Notes: generated from the sequence alone by a model not told the origin. Shown: positions 1 to 9,946, counted from the stretch's first letter. The stretch is 64,000 nt of DNA from Candidatus Freyarchaeum deiterrae (GCA_037305845.1 CP147778.1:2432001-2496000); one strand, 5' to 3'. Numbers and translations are program-made.

Positions 1-288
1 TACTTGATTGTTAATAATCATTGTTAAAAAATGCATTCCAAGTCCTCCGATTTACTTTCTCCAAAAGATATTATTTTACTTATTATGGAAAGCAAACACC
101 ATTACCTCAATTTTATATTAATCTAGCTTATAAAAAAATATCTATCTAATTTTTGTATTGTAAATATTAGAAAATTATTAAATTGAATTATTAACTCTTT
201 TTTAAACTATTGTTTTGGAAAATTCTTATATATTGATGGATGTATACAACCACATAATTTCTTAAAAAACGTTTAGGAGGAGAAAAGA

Positions 289-1116
289 ATAGCACCACGT
301 AAAGTTCACTTAACAGCAGGATTTATAATTTGGGCTGCATTCTCAATAATATTCTACTACTGGTTCCTACACACCAACACTTACATCCCGGCAAAGCTTT
401 TGGGCTTGACAAGTCTTCCCGCGTTGACCCCTATTGCTGTAGGGCGCTCGATAACCTCTGGAGACATAATATACATAGTAGTATCATTAATAATGGTGTT
501 GACGGGTTCTGAGATGGCCGACTACGATAAAATGATTACTCTACTGCAACACAGAGACTGGCTCACCCACTCTGTGATAATACCCGGGATTTTTTCAGCA
601 ATTGTATTGATATTTAATATTGTTCAGGTAGGTGCCAGTCTAGAATCAATGATATTTTGGCCCGCAACTGATACTACTCTTACACTCGCGATGTCTGTAT
701 TCGCACTAGGAGCTGCTTCGCATCTACTCTTAGATTATTTCCCACCAATCAAAATCGAGGAACTTCATAGCAAAAAGGGATCCATAGTAGCTGGGCATGA
801 GGGGTCTGATTACTTTATTTCCGGGATGACCGCGCAAGAACTTTTTAGAAGGCTCGAAGGAACCGCCCTAGTTCATTTCTGGTGGAACATAAAAGTAGCA
901 AAAGAAGATACTGCGAACCCCTCTAAAGGTAAGAGAGAACGTAAGGATAAGAAAGACTACGAGCTGAGAAGAACCCTCGAACCAAGACAATCACAAGCCT
1001 ACTACCTGGCAAACGGCGCGGCTCTAATCGTAATAGCACTATTATTAATTTGGCAGTTCCTGCTTATAGAAGCCAGTACAACATTGCTAGAAATTGCGAT
1101 TATCTCGATTCTCTAA
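289..1116 (+). CDS. Membrane-bound metal-dependent hydrolase (YdjM/LexA-binding family-like); probable non-canonical ATA start
   Basis: Motifs 'ADYD', 'HRDWLTHS' and 'SHLLLD' plus several TM helices. The frame stays open upstream of ORF 400 to an ATA at 289 (giving APRKVHLTAG), 8 nt after GGAGG (276-280), with an in-frame TAG at 274. Confidence 0.65.
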   Translation: MAPRKVHLTAGFIIWAAFSIIFYYWFLHTNTYIPAKLLGLTSLPALTPIAVGRSITSGDIIYIVVSLIMVLTGSEMADYDKMITLLQHRDWLTHSVIIPGIFSAIVLIFNIVQVGASLESMIFWPATDTTLTLAMSVFALGAASHLLLDYFPPIKIEELHSKKGSIVAGHEGSDYFISGMTAQELFRRLEGTALVHFWWNIKVAKEDTANPSKGKRERKDKKDYELRRTLEPRQSQAYYLANGAALIVIALLLIWQFLLIEASTTLLEIAIISIL

Positions 1117-1266
1117 GGGGAGTTGACTAGATTAGTTAATCCTCTTTTTTCTTTTTTTAAACTCAAAAAATAATCCTCGAAACAAATAAAAATAGAATGC
1201 TTTGAGGATTTTGAAACTATAAAAACAAATTTCAGATTTTTTTAAAAAAAAGGGAGAAGATGGCTT

Positions 1267-2214
1267 TTAAACCTGTGCTCCGCAACTTGGGCAGAAGCGA
1301 CTTCCTGGTGGAACCTGAGTTTTGCACTTTGGACAGGTTTTTCCGCCTCCCAGTTGGGCGCCACAATTGTTACAGAAACGTGCATTAGCGGCTATTTGCG
1401 CTCCACACTTCGGACACGTTGTCAAAGCGACTTGAGGACCTTGCGGTTGTTGAAGCAACTGTGGCATTATTACCATTCCGACGCCTGCTCCAGCGGAGCC
1501 TCCTCCTTTTCCCAGAGATTCCGCAGCGCTTTTGGTGGTTTCTAGGGTGGCTAGGCGGTCACCTTGAACTTGGCCTGTTTGCATCCAGAATAGTCTATCT
1601 CTGTATTCTGGAGTTGTGTCCATTCCCTCGAATTTGAGATCCACGAGGTCTAAGCCGATTCTTCCGAACTGCTCTTTGATTGTGGTTTTCACTTTCATAC
1701 TGCTCTCATTGAGTTGTGTGAAAGCGTCTCTCAGGGTAAAGCCCGACACATTTTCGATGAGTTTTTCTAAGATGAAGCCTCTGATAAATTCGCTGACAGC
1801 ATCGGTTGTGAACGCCTTAGCGTTTCCTACAACCTCAACCACAAATAGTTTGGGCTCCTCTACTTTGAAATAATACGCACCGTGGAACATTAGCGGTGCA
1901 AGTTCTTGGGTTTGGCCTCTGCCACCAAATTTTCCCTGAAACTGCGAAGTGGAAATGAATATAACATCAGATGTAAACACGTTTTTGTTAAATCCTGTCA
2001 ATTTTTCATATGCTTTGGTTAAGAGGGGTAGTTTCATAGTGGCCAGCACATGTCTTCCTGGGCCAAAAACATCGTAAGCTTTTCCGTCTCTGAAGAACAC
2101 TGCCTGCTGGTTTTCAGCAACAATTAGTGCTGCTCCCCAAGTTAGGTTGTTGTCTGGAAATCGCCAAACAATATCTTGTTTTCCAGCTCCACGCCATTCT
2201 ATTACTTGTGGCAC
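1267..2214 (-). CDS. SPFH/band-7 domain protein with C-terminal double zinc ribbon
   Basis: SPFH-type N-terminus (DIVWRFP, LIVAENQQAVFFRDGK, FGPGRH). C-terminal CPKC..FCNNC..CPKC..FCPSC. GTG start with GAGGTGA RBS. Confidence 0.85.
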   Translation of the reverse strand: MPQVIEWRGAGKQDIVWRFPDNNLTWGAALIVAENQQAVFFRDGKAYDVFGPGRHVLATMKLPLLTKAYEKLTGFNKNVFTSDVIFISTSQFQGKFGGRGQTQELAPLMFHGAYYFKVEEPKLFVVEVVGNAKAFTTDAVSEFIRGFILEKLIENVSGFTLRDAFTQLNESSMKVKTTIKEQFGRIGLDLVDLKFEGMDTTPEYRDRLFWMQTGQVQGDRLATLETTKSAAESLGKGGGSAGAGVGMVIMPQLLQQPQGPQVALTTCPKCGAQIAANARFCNNCGAQLGGGKTCPKCKTQVPPGSRFCPSCGAQV

Positions 2215-2235
2215 AAATATTCACCTCTACTATTT

Positions 2236-2827
2236 TTATTCGAATTTGAGCATATAGCTTCTTCTATCTCCAAACTTTTTGTCAATATCGTCAAGTGTTC
2301 GTCTCAATGAAAAGATCTGCTGGTAAGCATTATCAAATTTACTCGATTCGAGTTCATCTTTAAGAGACTTTATTTCGCCTTGAAAAGTTTGGATATCATC
2401 TAAAATCGATGAATCGAATTCATACATTCTGTCAAGTTCTGGTTCACGAATTTTTACTGAGTCAAAAAAACCACCATAACCATAGTCAGCGTGGTTTATT
2501 CTCTCAGCGACCCTGTCTACGAGCGCCATCAATCTATCCATCTGCTCCCAAGTATTATTGACTTTATAATCCACAAGCATCTCCTGTACAAGATTAAGGT
2601 CACTTTTAGAATCACTGAACTGCTTGAACATGTAGTTCCGTAAAGCTTTATCCGCCTCTCTACGTATTTCCTTTGCCTTGTATCCATGTTGGCCGAGCAG
2701 AAGTAACTCTTACTGCTCAGTAACCAGGGATTACAAAGGCAACTTTCTCCAATAGGCTTCTGTTGGACTGTTCTCTTACTTCGCCTTTAATCTTCTCTGC
2801 TGTTGTTTTCTCTTTCTTACTAAACAT
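2236..2827 (-). CDS. Conserved hypothetical coiled-coil protein, spliced: join(complement 2720-2827, 2236-2688), 186 aa
   Basis: Exon 1 from ATG 2827 reads MFSKKEK...LLEKVAFVIPGY. Exon 2 reads HGYKAKEIRREADKALRNYMFKQ..., in frame with ORF 2236-2631. Joining gives IPGYHGYKAKEIRREADK. Co-oriented with and just upstream of the SPFH gene. Confidence 0.85.
2689..2719 (-). other. 31-nt BHB-type intron in a protein-coding gene
   Basis: Minus strand: atccct-GGTT-AC^T-gagcag-taagagttactt-ctgctc-GGCC-AA^C-atggatac. It shows a 4-bp helix, two 3-nt bulges, an inner stem and outer exon-exon pairing. It begins with an in-frame TGA. Confidence 0.85.
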
Positions 2828-2943
2828 TTTAACAACCCCATAATCGTTGCCGTACACATAAACTTCATACATCATGCTCTTAAAAAGATTTCATTACGAG
2901 CAAGAATAATAGAAATGCTCTTAAAAGATTTACTATGGATTAG

Positions 2944-4345
2944 CAAGAAAGCCCTAGTCCCTTTAGGGTGGGGGATGAATTGCGGGAGTTTAAATACCGA
3001 AAAAGGAGGAAAAAGGGGGAGTGAAAAGGGTATGCGGATAAACTGGGGTTTGAAGCCTACCCGCATCGGACTCGTTATGAATGAGGGAGAGTTGCGCATT
3101 TGAGAAGGACTAACACCTTCCGGCTGGTTCCAGCAAAGGAGCAGAAGCAGAGACTTTTCAGTTTAGCCGACAACTGCTCCAAAATGTACAACGAGATAAA
3201 CCATAAACGCAGACAATCATTCTTCTCAGGCAGATTCGACTGGAACACCGACGAACAATACCACAAATACAAGGGGTTAGTCGGCTCCGCCACCGCCCAG
3301 CAAATCACACAAAAGAACAACGAAGCCTGGAAATCATACTGGGCACTCCTAAAGAAGTGGAAAAAGGGAAAGGTGGAGAAGAAACCCAAACCTCCGAGAT
3401 ACTGGAAGGATCGCGAGACTGGAAAAAGACCCCTTAGAATCCTGGTAAGGTGCGACAGCTACCATCTGGAAGAAAAAGCCCTCAAACTCCCTTTCGGACT
3501 AAAAACGCAGTGGAGGGGCAGAAACAGGTGGAAAGGCGGTAAACAGGGCAGACTCGAAATAACCTATGACGAACTCTCGGAGAAATGGTACGCCTACATG
3601 CCAGTAGAGATCAAACCTCCTCTACACCAGCAACAGCAGCAGCTGAAAGGAAAAGAAAAGGAGGCGTACGTGGATCTGGGAGTGAAAGTCCCCATAATGG
3701 CGAGTATAGATTGGGAAGTCTTCGGCTACCGGGCGAATCCCATGCTCTCGGACTGGTGGTACTGGACACACAGAATAGCGGAACACCAGTCAATCCTGAA
3801 AGATGTAAACAATCGGTCAACCTCAAAGCTGTTAAAATCCTACCATAGGATGAGGCAGAGAAGATTCAGGAACAGTGTCAACGTGATGGTGAGGGACTTC
3901 GTTGAAAAGTGCTGGAACAGGGGAGTCTCGGAGATAGTCTGCGGAGATTTGAGAGACATAAGAAGCAGCGCCAACTTCTCAAGGAGAAGCAACTCCATGA
4001 TTCACAACTTCTGGTCGGTAGGATACATAGTAAGGAGGATAGAAGAAGTAGCAGAGGAGTACGGGATAAAAATAACTAGAGTTGATGAGAAAGGAACATC
4101 ATCAGAATGTCCGAGGTGCGGCTCAAAAAGAATCGTTAGAAGCAAAAGAATGTTCAGGTGCCGGGACTGCGGACTGGAAGCACACCGAGACGCCGTAGGC
4201 TGCGTAAACATAGGGCTTGCTCACCAACAAAAAGAAAAAGAAAAGGATGCGGAAGCCGTTAACAGGGCGGTGACACGCCCCACACTTCTAACAATAACTG
4301 CAGAAGTGTATAACTCCCTACCTTTCAAGGAGGGGAGTATGTCAG
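2944..4345 (+). mobile_element. IS200/IS605-family element carrying tnpB only (IS1341-like); ends approximate
   Basis: Left subterminal hairpin CAAGAAAGCCCTAGTCCCTTTAGGGTGGGG (2944-2973). Right hairpin AACTCCCTACCTTTCAAGGAGGGGAGT followed by ATGTCAG (to 4345). No tnpA in the element. Confidence 0.7.
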
Positions 4346-4356
4346 TAATCAGGTAA
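3100..4356 (+). CDS. tnpB: RNA-guided endonuclease TnpB
   Basis: N-terminal 'RTNTFRLVP...YNEIN' helix region, RuvC-I 'AYVDLG', zinc finger 'TSSECPRC...FRCRDCG', RuvC-III 'AHRDAVGCVNI'. Confidence 0.92.
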   Translation: MRRTNTFRLVPAKEQKQRLFSLADNCSKMYNEINHKRRQSFFSGRFDWNTDEQYHKYKGLVGSATAQQITQKNNEAWKSYWALLKKWKKGKVEKKPKPPRYWKDRETGKRPLRILVRCDSYHLEEKALKLPFGLKTQWRGRNRWKGGKQGRLEITYDELSEKWYAYMPVEIKPPLHQQQQQLKGKEKEAYVDLGVKVPIMASIDWEVFGYRANPMLSDWWYWTHRIAEHQSILKDVNNRSTSKLLKSYHRMRQRRFRNSVNVMVRDFVEKCWNRGVSEIVCGDLRDIRSSANFSRRSNSMIHNFWSVGYIVRRIEEVAEEYGIKITRVDEKGTSSECPRCGSKRIVRSKRMFRCRDCGLEAHRDAVGCVNIGLAHQQKEKEKDAEAVNRAVTRPTLLTITAEVYNSLPFKEGSMSVIR

Positions 4357-4611
4357 ACCCCACACTTAAATCTTCAAAATTAACATGAATTAACAGAAAT
4401 TTCCTATTGTACAAAAAAAACAAAATTAGGGAGATTAACTTTTTTTATAACTTCCCTATAAATTATAAATATTGTAATTAGAACAGGAAAAGTATTCCTT
4501 TGTGTAGGGAAATATTCAATAGTTTATACCCTATCTGTTAAAAAGGTAATTAAAAAGTTACAAGGGAGAACAAAGCACATGTTTTAATTCTGTGGCTTGG
4601 AGGTTATTTGA

Positions 4612-5748
4612 ATGATGGAGCAAATGGAACGAAAGGGGAAGAAATTAAAACCTCCCCCTAAGGGCAGATTAATAGTTTCCAATATGTCTGGTGTTGAACT
4701 ACTAATTGCGTTTGAAGTTTTATCCAAAATGCGAGACCAAGGTAAGATCACTGATACGTTAATATTTGTTTCCCATAGTAAAGAATCATTAAGTTTGGGA
4801 AAATACGAAGACCTAGATGATATTCATTATAAGGCGGTGAAAAGAGACGGGGTGCTGGTAGGGCGAAGGGAGAGTGGGGCTGGCACTTACTATGCACCTA
4901 AAGGCCAAATCGCGGCTGTCCTAGTGACAACCACGGATGTGTTTCCAAACTTGGACGAAGCTGAGAGGATTTGGGCTGAAGAAATCATTCTTGAACTCTT
5001 CATAAGGGTGGGTGTTCTGGATGCTTATTACGATCATCCGGGTGATATTAAAAAGGAAGAAAAGAAGTTGGGTGGGAGCACCTCAATGATTTCGGGAAGA
5101 GGAATTACGGTGGGAGCGTTCATTAACCGGCTTACACCCAACGTCAAGTTTTTCACAGAATATCTCGTATATCCTGAGGAAAAGCTCAAGGACGAAATAC
5201 TGCGCGACGTAACCATGTACGCGGGCAGTATGGAAGAAGATGCACCCCAAACGCCAAGCGAGGATGAATTAAAGAAACTCCTACTAGGTATTGTGAACCA
5301 AAAATTGGGCATGGATTTTGAACCCGGGGATTTCACTAAAGAAGAAAAAGAAATGATAGCTAAAGACTTCAAAAAACTTACCTCGGAAGACTCGGTAACC
5401 AGCATCTCTAAGAGCAGATGGTATGCCAAGCTACCACATGACTGGAACGCGGCGACTTTCAGTTACAAAGCAGAAAGAATAGTAACTGCAAGCGTAGCAA
5501 TCGACAAAAGTAAAAAAATCAAAGATGTTCTTATAACAGGTGACTTTTTACTCTCACCCCCAAACGATTTAGAAAAAGTAACAAACGCACTGAAAGAAAT
5601 ATCAGCAGAAAACAAAAAAGCCATAACCAACTCAATAGTTGAAGCTTTTCAAAATAACAGCACAGACTATTCAGGCTTTACTATCGAGGAATTCGTTAAA
5701 ACGGTAACAGAAGCGGCAAACCTCGCCTTAGAACAATCATCAAAATAA
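4612..5748 (+). CDS. Lipoate-protein ligase A family protein (divergent)
   Basis: 'GRRESGAGTYY', 'GDI..EEKKLGG' and C-terminal 'DVLITGDFLLSP' domain, paralleling the ligase at 24684. Confidence 0.8.
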   Translation: MMEQMERKGKKLKPPPKGRLIVSNMSGVELLIAFEVLSKMRDQGKITDTLIFVSHSKESLSLGKYEDLDDIHYKAVKRDGVLVGRRESGAGTYYAPKGQIAAVLVTTTDVFPNLDEAERIWAEEIILELFIRVGVLDAYYDHPGDIKKEEKKLGGSTSMISGRGITVGAFINRLTPNVKFFTEYLVYPEEKLKDEILRDVTMYAGSMEEDAPQTPSEDELKKLLLGIVNQKLGMDFEPGDFTKEEKEMIAKDFKKLTSEDSVTSISKSRWYAKLPHDWNAATFSYKAERIVTASVAIDKSKKIKDVLITGDFLLSPPNDLEKVTNALKEISAENKKAITNSIVEAFQNNSTDYSGFTIEEFVKTVTEAANLALEQSSK

Positions 5749-6049
5749 CAACACAAAATCAATTTCAATTTTACGGAAGGGACCCATCAACCCATACGCA
5801 GAAGGGCTCTTCAAATTAAGTTTTCATAACCCAAAGAAAAATGTTGAAAGACTAACATTACAAAGCTTGGTTTAAATATTAACATAAAAAACAACTCTCA
5901 AAAAAAAACAGATTTTTAGGTAATTAAAAAAAGAGGGGAAATTTTTGTATGATTTATTGGTTTTTTGAAGTACAGGTAGTTTTGGAATCGCCTCAGTAAT
6001 AGGCAACTTTTTCAAGACATTAGCAGTCAGGTCATTATGTCAAGCGGCT

Positions 6050-6322
6050 TTATCTGTTCATAATTAGATTAAATAAAACTAGTATTGCTCCGATAGCTAC
6101 GAGAAGTATTGCAACCATTATCAATGCGCTTCCAGTAACTGCAGTATACAGCATAAAGAATCCTATAGTTTCGCTAAAGACAAGCCAAATGAGAAAAGCG
6201 TTATTAGCAGCACCTGTTAATCCAGTCCAAGCAAAGAAAATTACTATAACCGCTATTATGAGAACAATAAAGGCAATCCATGAAAGCATAGTAGAAGTAC
6301 TCATACCTTTACGTTTAGGCAC
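6050..6322 (-). CDS. Small membrane protein (3 TM)
   Basis: Hydrophobic 90-aa ORF with GTG start after AGGAGGAG. Confidence 0.7.
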   Translation of the reverse strand: MPKRKGMSTSTMLSWIAFIVLIIAVIVIFFAWTGLTGAANNAFLIWLVFSETIGFFMLYTAVTGSALIMVAILLVAIGAILVLFNLIMNR

Positions 6323-6632
6323 GCCATTCTCCTCCTAATCTCCTGTTTATGAATGTTTTATTATAAGAAACTTATATTAAAATTTTACTTTGGGTTTGTA
6401 GTACATTAAGAAAGCTGTGGAAATTCATAAAAGGGGTTTTTTGAGCTTATCCCGTTCCATTCCTTTACTGGAGTCTTTTCAGCTATTAAAAATCGCTCGC
6501 AAAATACAAGTTTATAAGACTAACATTTCTGAGAATGAAAACATACAACTATTCACAAAAACCATTAGCGAAATTTAAATGCCTATACACTATTATAATT
6601 TCAATTAAACTGAAGATTAAAGGTGAACTCTG

Positions 6633-7265
6633 ATGGAGATTATGAATCAAATAGCAATGATTCCCGGGCAATCCTGGGCTTCAAACGTTTACGTGGTGGG
6701 CAAAGAAGATTTAGCACTAATTGATTCGGGTTTAAATGGTGATTTTGAAAGCTACATTATTCCACAAATTAAATCCCTGGGTCTTCAACCAAACAGAATT
6801 AATAAACTCGTAATCACCCATTTCCACCCTGACCACATAGGCGGCGCCCCCGAAGTCGTCAACTTCTGCGCACCCCAGATAATGGTTCACGAAATAGAAG
6901 CCCAATACATTGAGGAAAGAATGGGCCTTGAAGTTCAGGTTAAGCTTAAAGATGGAGATGTGATACAACTGGGAAACATGAATTTTCAAGTCATACATAC
7001 CCCTGGGCATTCCCCGGGAGCAATATGCTTGTACAATTCTGAAAACAAGGTGCTTTTCTCGGGAGACACCGTCTTTTCTTATGGAATAGGACGCACAGAT
7101 ATATCAGGCGGCGATACCAGTACCCTTAAAAAATCCATAAAAAAATTAACGGAATTAGATGTACAGATACTCTTACCGGGTCACGATGTTCCAGTTCTTG
7201 GAAACGCAAACGAAAACATAAAGATAGACTACTCATTTATTGAATCCATGATAGATGAGGAGTAA
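6633..7265 (+). CDS. Metallo-beta-lactamase fold hydrolase (glyoxalase II-like)
   Basis: THFHPDHIGG, HTPGHSPG, FSGDT and PGH motifs. Confidence 0.9.
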   Translation: MEIMNQIAMIPGQSWASNVYVVGKEDLALIDSGLNGDFESYIIPQIKSLGLQPNRINKLVITHFHPDHIGGAPEVVNFCAPQIMVHEIEAQYIEERMGLEVQVKLKDGDVIQLGNMNFQVIHTPGHSPGAICLYNSENKVLFSGDTVFSYGIGRTDISGGDTSTLKKSIKKLTELDVQILLPGHDVPVLGNANENIKIDYSFIESMIDEE

Positions 7266-7489
7266 TAAGAGTATACTCTTTACTTCTAAGCTGAGCACCA
7301 AACAACTCATTCTACTTTACAAAATAGAGTAAACTTTTAATGGAACATAATTAGCTTATTTAAAAGCATCATCCGTTAAATTAAAATGCAAGCCAGCATA
7401 ATAACTTATCTTACAAAGTATTAAAGTGCAAATTCGAATTCGGAGTACATAAGCCTCAATGTTAACATTGAAAATAAGGTGCACTAATT

Positions 7490-8707
7490 ATGAAAAGACC
7501 ATTTGAAGAAATGTTTTCAAAAACGGCAAATAGGATTCAAGCCTCCATCATCCGTGAGCTTCTTAAATTGACCCAGAAACCAGAGATCATATCCTTCGCT
7601 GGAGGATTGCCCAATCCAGACGCTTTCCCCGTGGAGCAGATACAAGAAATCTGTCCCGATGTGATTAACAACTCAAACGCTCTCCAGTATGGAACCACTG
7701 AGGGCGTGGTGGAATTAAGGGAAGCGCTCCAAAAAAGAATGGCTACAAAAAACGTGAAATGCGAATTAGAAAATATCCAAATCACCTCCGGATCTCAACA
7801 GTCCCTGGACATCCTTGGGAGAATACTACTCGATCCAAATGATATAGTACTCACGACCTGCCCCACGTATCTGGGTGCAGTTCAGGCCTTCGGGTTCCAG
7901 GAGCCGAGATACGAACTCGTAGAGATGGACGAACACTCAGTAGTTGTAGAGGATTTAGAAGCACGCCTTGAAGATATACAAAAGAGAGGGGAAATTGAAA
8001 GACTAAAATTCTTCTACCTTACACCCACCTTCCATAATCCAGCAGGTGTAACCATACCCGAAAAACGTCGAAGAGAGATAATAGAGCTCTGCAACACTTA
8101 CGATGTGCTAGTTATAGAGGATGACCCTTACAGTGAGCTGAGATACCGGGGAAAAGATGAACCGCTGCTAAAATCATTAGACACCGAGGATCGCGTGGTC
8201 TACGTTAGCACCTTTTCCAAAATTCTTGTGCCCGGCTTCAGAACTGCTTGGATGGTCGGCCCAGTCGAACTAATTAAAAAAGTCGTGATGGCAAAACAAG
8301 CGGTAGACCTTTGCACAACCCCCTTCACTCAATACATTGCTGCAGAATATTTGAGCAGAGGATACGTGAACCAACACATTAAAAAAATCAAGGAAGTCTA
8401 CGGAAGAAAAATGCAGATAATGCTCAAATCTATGCAAGAATACTTCCCAGACGGAGCTCAGTACGCCGAACCAGACGGTGGAATGTTCGTCTGGGTGAGA
8501 TTACCCGAAGACATAAACACAATAGACCTGTTCCCCAAAGCAATTGAACAGAACGTCGCATACGTGGTAGGAACAGCATTTTACCCCAATGGAGGAGGAC
8601 TCAATACGATGCGACTGAACTTCACACATCCCTCGGATGAAAATGTCGAAGAAGGCATAAAAAGGCTGGGAAACGTCCTCCAAGAGGAGCTCGCAAAAAA
8701 CGCTTAA
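7490..8707 (+). CDS. PLP-dependent aminotransferase class I/II (LysN/Aro8 type)
   Basis: ISFAGGLP, QYGTTEG, FHNPAG, EDDPY and STFSKILVPGFR (PLP lysine). Confidence 0.92.
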   Translation: MKRPFEEMFSKTANRIQASIIRELLKLTQKPEIISFAGGLPNPDAFPVEQIQEICPDVINNSNALQYGTTEGVVELREALQKRMATKNVKCELENIQITSGSQQSLDILGRILLDPNDIVLTTCPTYLGAVQAFGFQEPRYELVEMDEHSVVVEDLEARLEDIQKRGEIERLKFFYLTPTFHNPAGVTIPEKRRREIIELCNTYDVLVIEDDPYSELRYRGKDEPLLKSLDTEDRVVYVSTFSKILVPGFRTAWMVGPVELIKKVVMAKQAVDLCTTPFTQYIAAEYLSRGYVNQHIKKIKEVYGRKMQIMLKSMQEYFPDGAQYAEPDGGMFVWVRLPEDINTIDLFPKAIEQNVAYVVGTAFYPNGGGLNTMRLNFTHPSDENVEEGIKRLGNVLQEELAKNA

Positions 8708-8902
8708 TCCTACCTTCAACTCCTGATTCAAACATCTGATACTTCAAAAATAATAAAAAAAATGAAGGGTCGGACGCCCCTTATTTTTATCCTTTATTCT
8801 AATTCACAGCCCTTACAGTTCCTAGAAATATGTTGAGGGTTCCCAACTTCCAAGAATGGTTTTTGGGTAAACTATTTATCTGCTAAGGAGGAAACTTAAG
8901 AT

Positions 8903-9433
8903 ATGTCTTTAATTTATCCAGAGCAGTTTGAAACAGTCATAAAACTGAGAGACGGGAAGGAAGCACTAGTTAGACCGTTAAAACCAACTGTCGATAAAGA
9001 AAAACTATACGAAATGTACAGCACACTATCGAAGGACACAAACTACTACCGCTTCCTAAACTATCAACCCGTCACCAGATGGATCGTGGAACAATGGAGC
9101 GATGTAAACTACGACGACAAAATGACACTACTAGCCATAATAAAAGAAAACGGGAAAGAGAGAGTAATAGCTGATTCCCGATACTACCTGGATAAAACTA
9201 CCGGCGAAGCTGAAATAGCCATAGTGGTACACGACGACTACCAAGCCAAGGGAATAGGAACAAAACTACTCGCCTACACAATCGAAGTAGCCAAAAAAAT
9301 GGGAGTAAAAAAATTATACGCCTACTTGGACCCCACAAACAAAAGAATAATCCACGTAGTTAAAACCCTCGGCTTCACCGTTAAATGGGCTAACGACATA
9401 GGCGAGTACAGAGCCGATCTACCACTGCAATAA
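8903..9433 (+). CDS. GNAT acetyltransferase (Pat-like)
   Basis: 'LRDG...VRPL', 'YYRFL', 'AEIAIVVHDDYQAKGIG'. Confidence 0.88.
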   Translation: MSLIYPEQFETVIKLRDGKEALVRPLKPTVDKEKLYEMYSTLSKDTNYYRFLNYQPVTRWIVEQWSDVNYDDKMTLLAIIKENGKERVIADSRYYLDKTTGEAEIAIVVHDDYQAKGIGTKLLAYTIEVAKKMGVKKLYAYLDPTNKRIIHVVKTLGFTVKWANDIGEYRADLPLQ

Positions 9434-9467
9434 ATAACCTCCCAAAAAGTTTGACGAGAGAATTTCA

Positions 9468-9836
9468 TCATTCGAACTCGTATTTTACGTCGGTCATAAG
9501 GTATACAACCACTATAATTCCGATTGTCAGAGGAATTATACCAACTATAATTAGAAGAAGGAATATACTACCGATTATCATAATTACTCCAAGTATCAAT
9601 GCGAGGATGCGTCCCCAATTCTTCATTCGGAACAAGCCTATAGCAGCAAAGACATACATTTCCGCCACAATAAATATAACAATAACCCCTATCTGATTAA
9701 AGATACTTTGAGGAGTAAAGTAAGATGTAAGGGCAGAATATAATACCCCCATGAATGTCCCAAGGCAACCTGCCAGCCCACCAATAATAAAGAAGACTAC
9801 AGTTAGTGCGGTGACACCACTCGGTCTATAAGACAC
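9468..9836 (-). CDS. Hypothetical membrane protein (4 TM)
   Basis: 'RPSGVTAL...GLFRMKNWGR' pattern; hydrophobic. Confidence 0.75.
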   Translation of the reverse strand: MSYRPSGVTALTVVFFIIGGLAGCLGTFMGVLYSALTSYFTPQSIFNQIGVIVIFIVAEMYVFAAIGLFRMKNWGRILALILGVIMIIGSIFLLLIIVGIIPLTIGIIVVVYLMTDVKYEFE

Positions 9837-9946
9837 ATATATCCCGCCCCATATTTTTTACTAAAAAATAAACATTAGTTTTAAATTATGTTATTTTTAA
9901 ATATTAAAACATTTGGAAAGCGGCACAATTTAGACCTTGGTTAAGG

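Noticed and set aside
2717-2719. In-frame TGA after IPGY read as selenocysteine
   Set aside because: Readthrough would not restore the frame (the insert is 31 nt), and no SECIS was seen. The TGA is the start of the intron.
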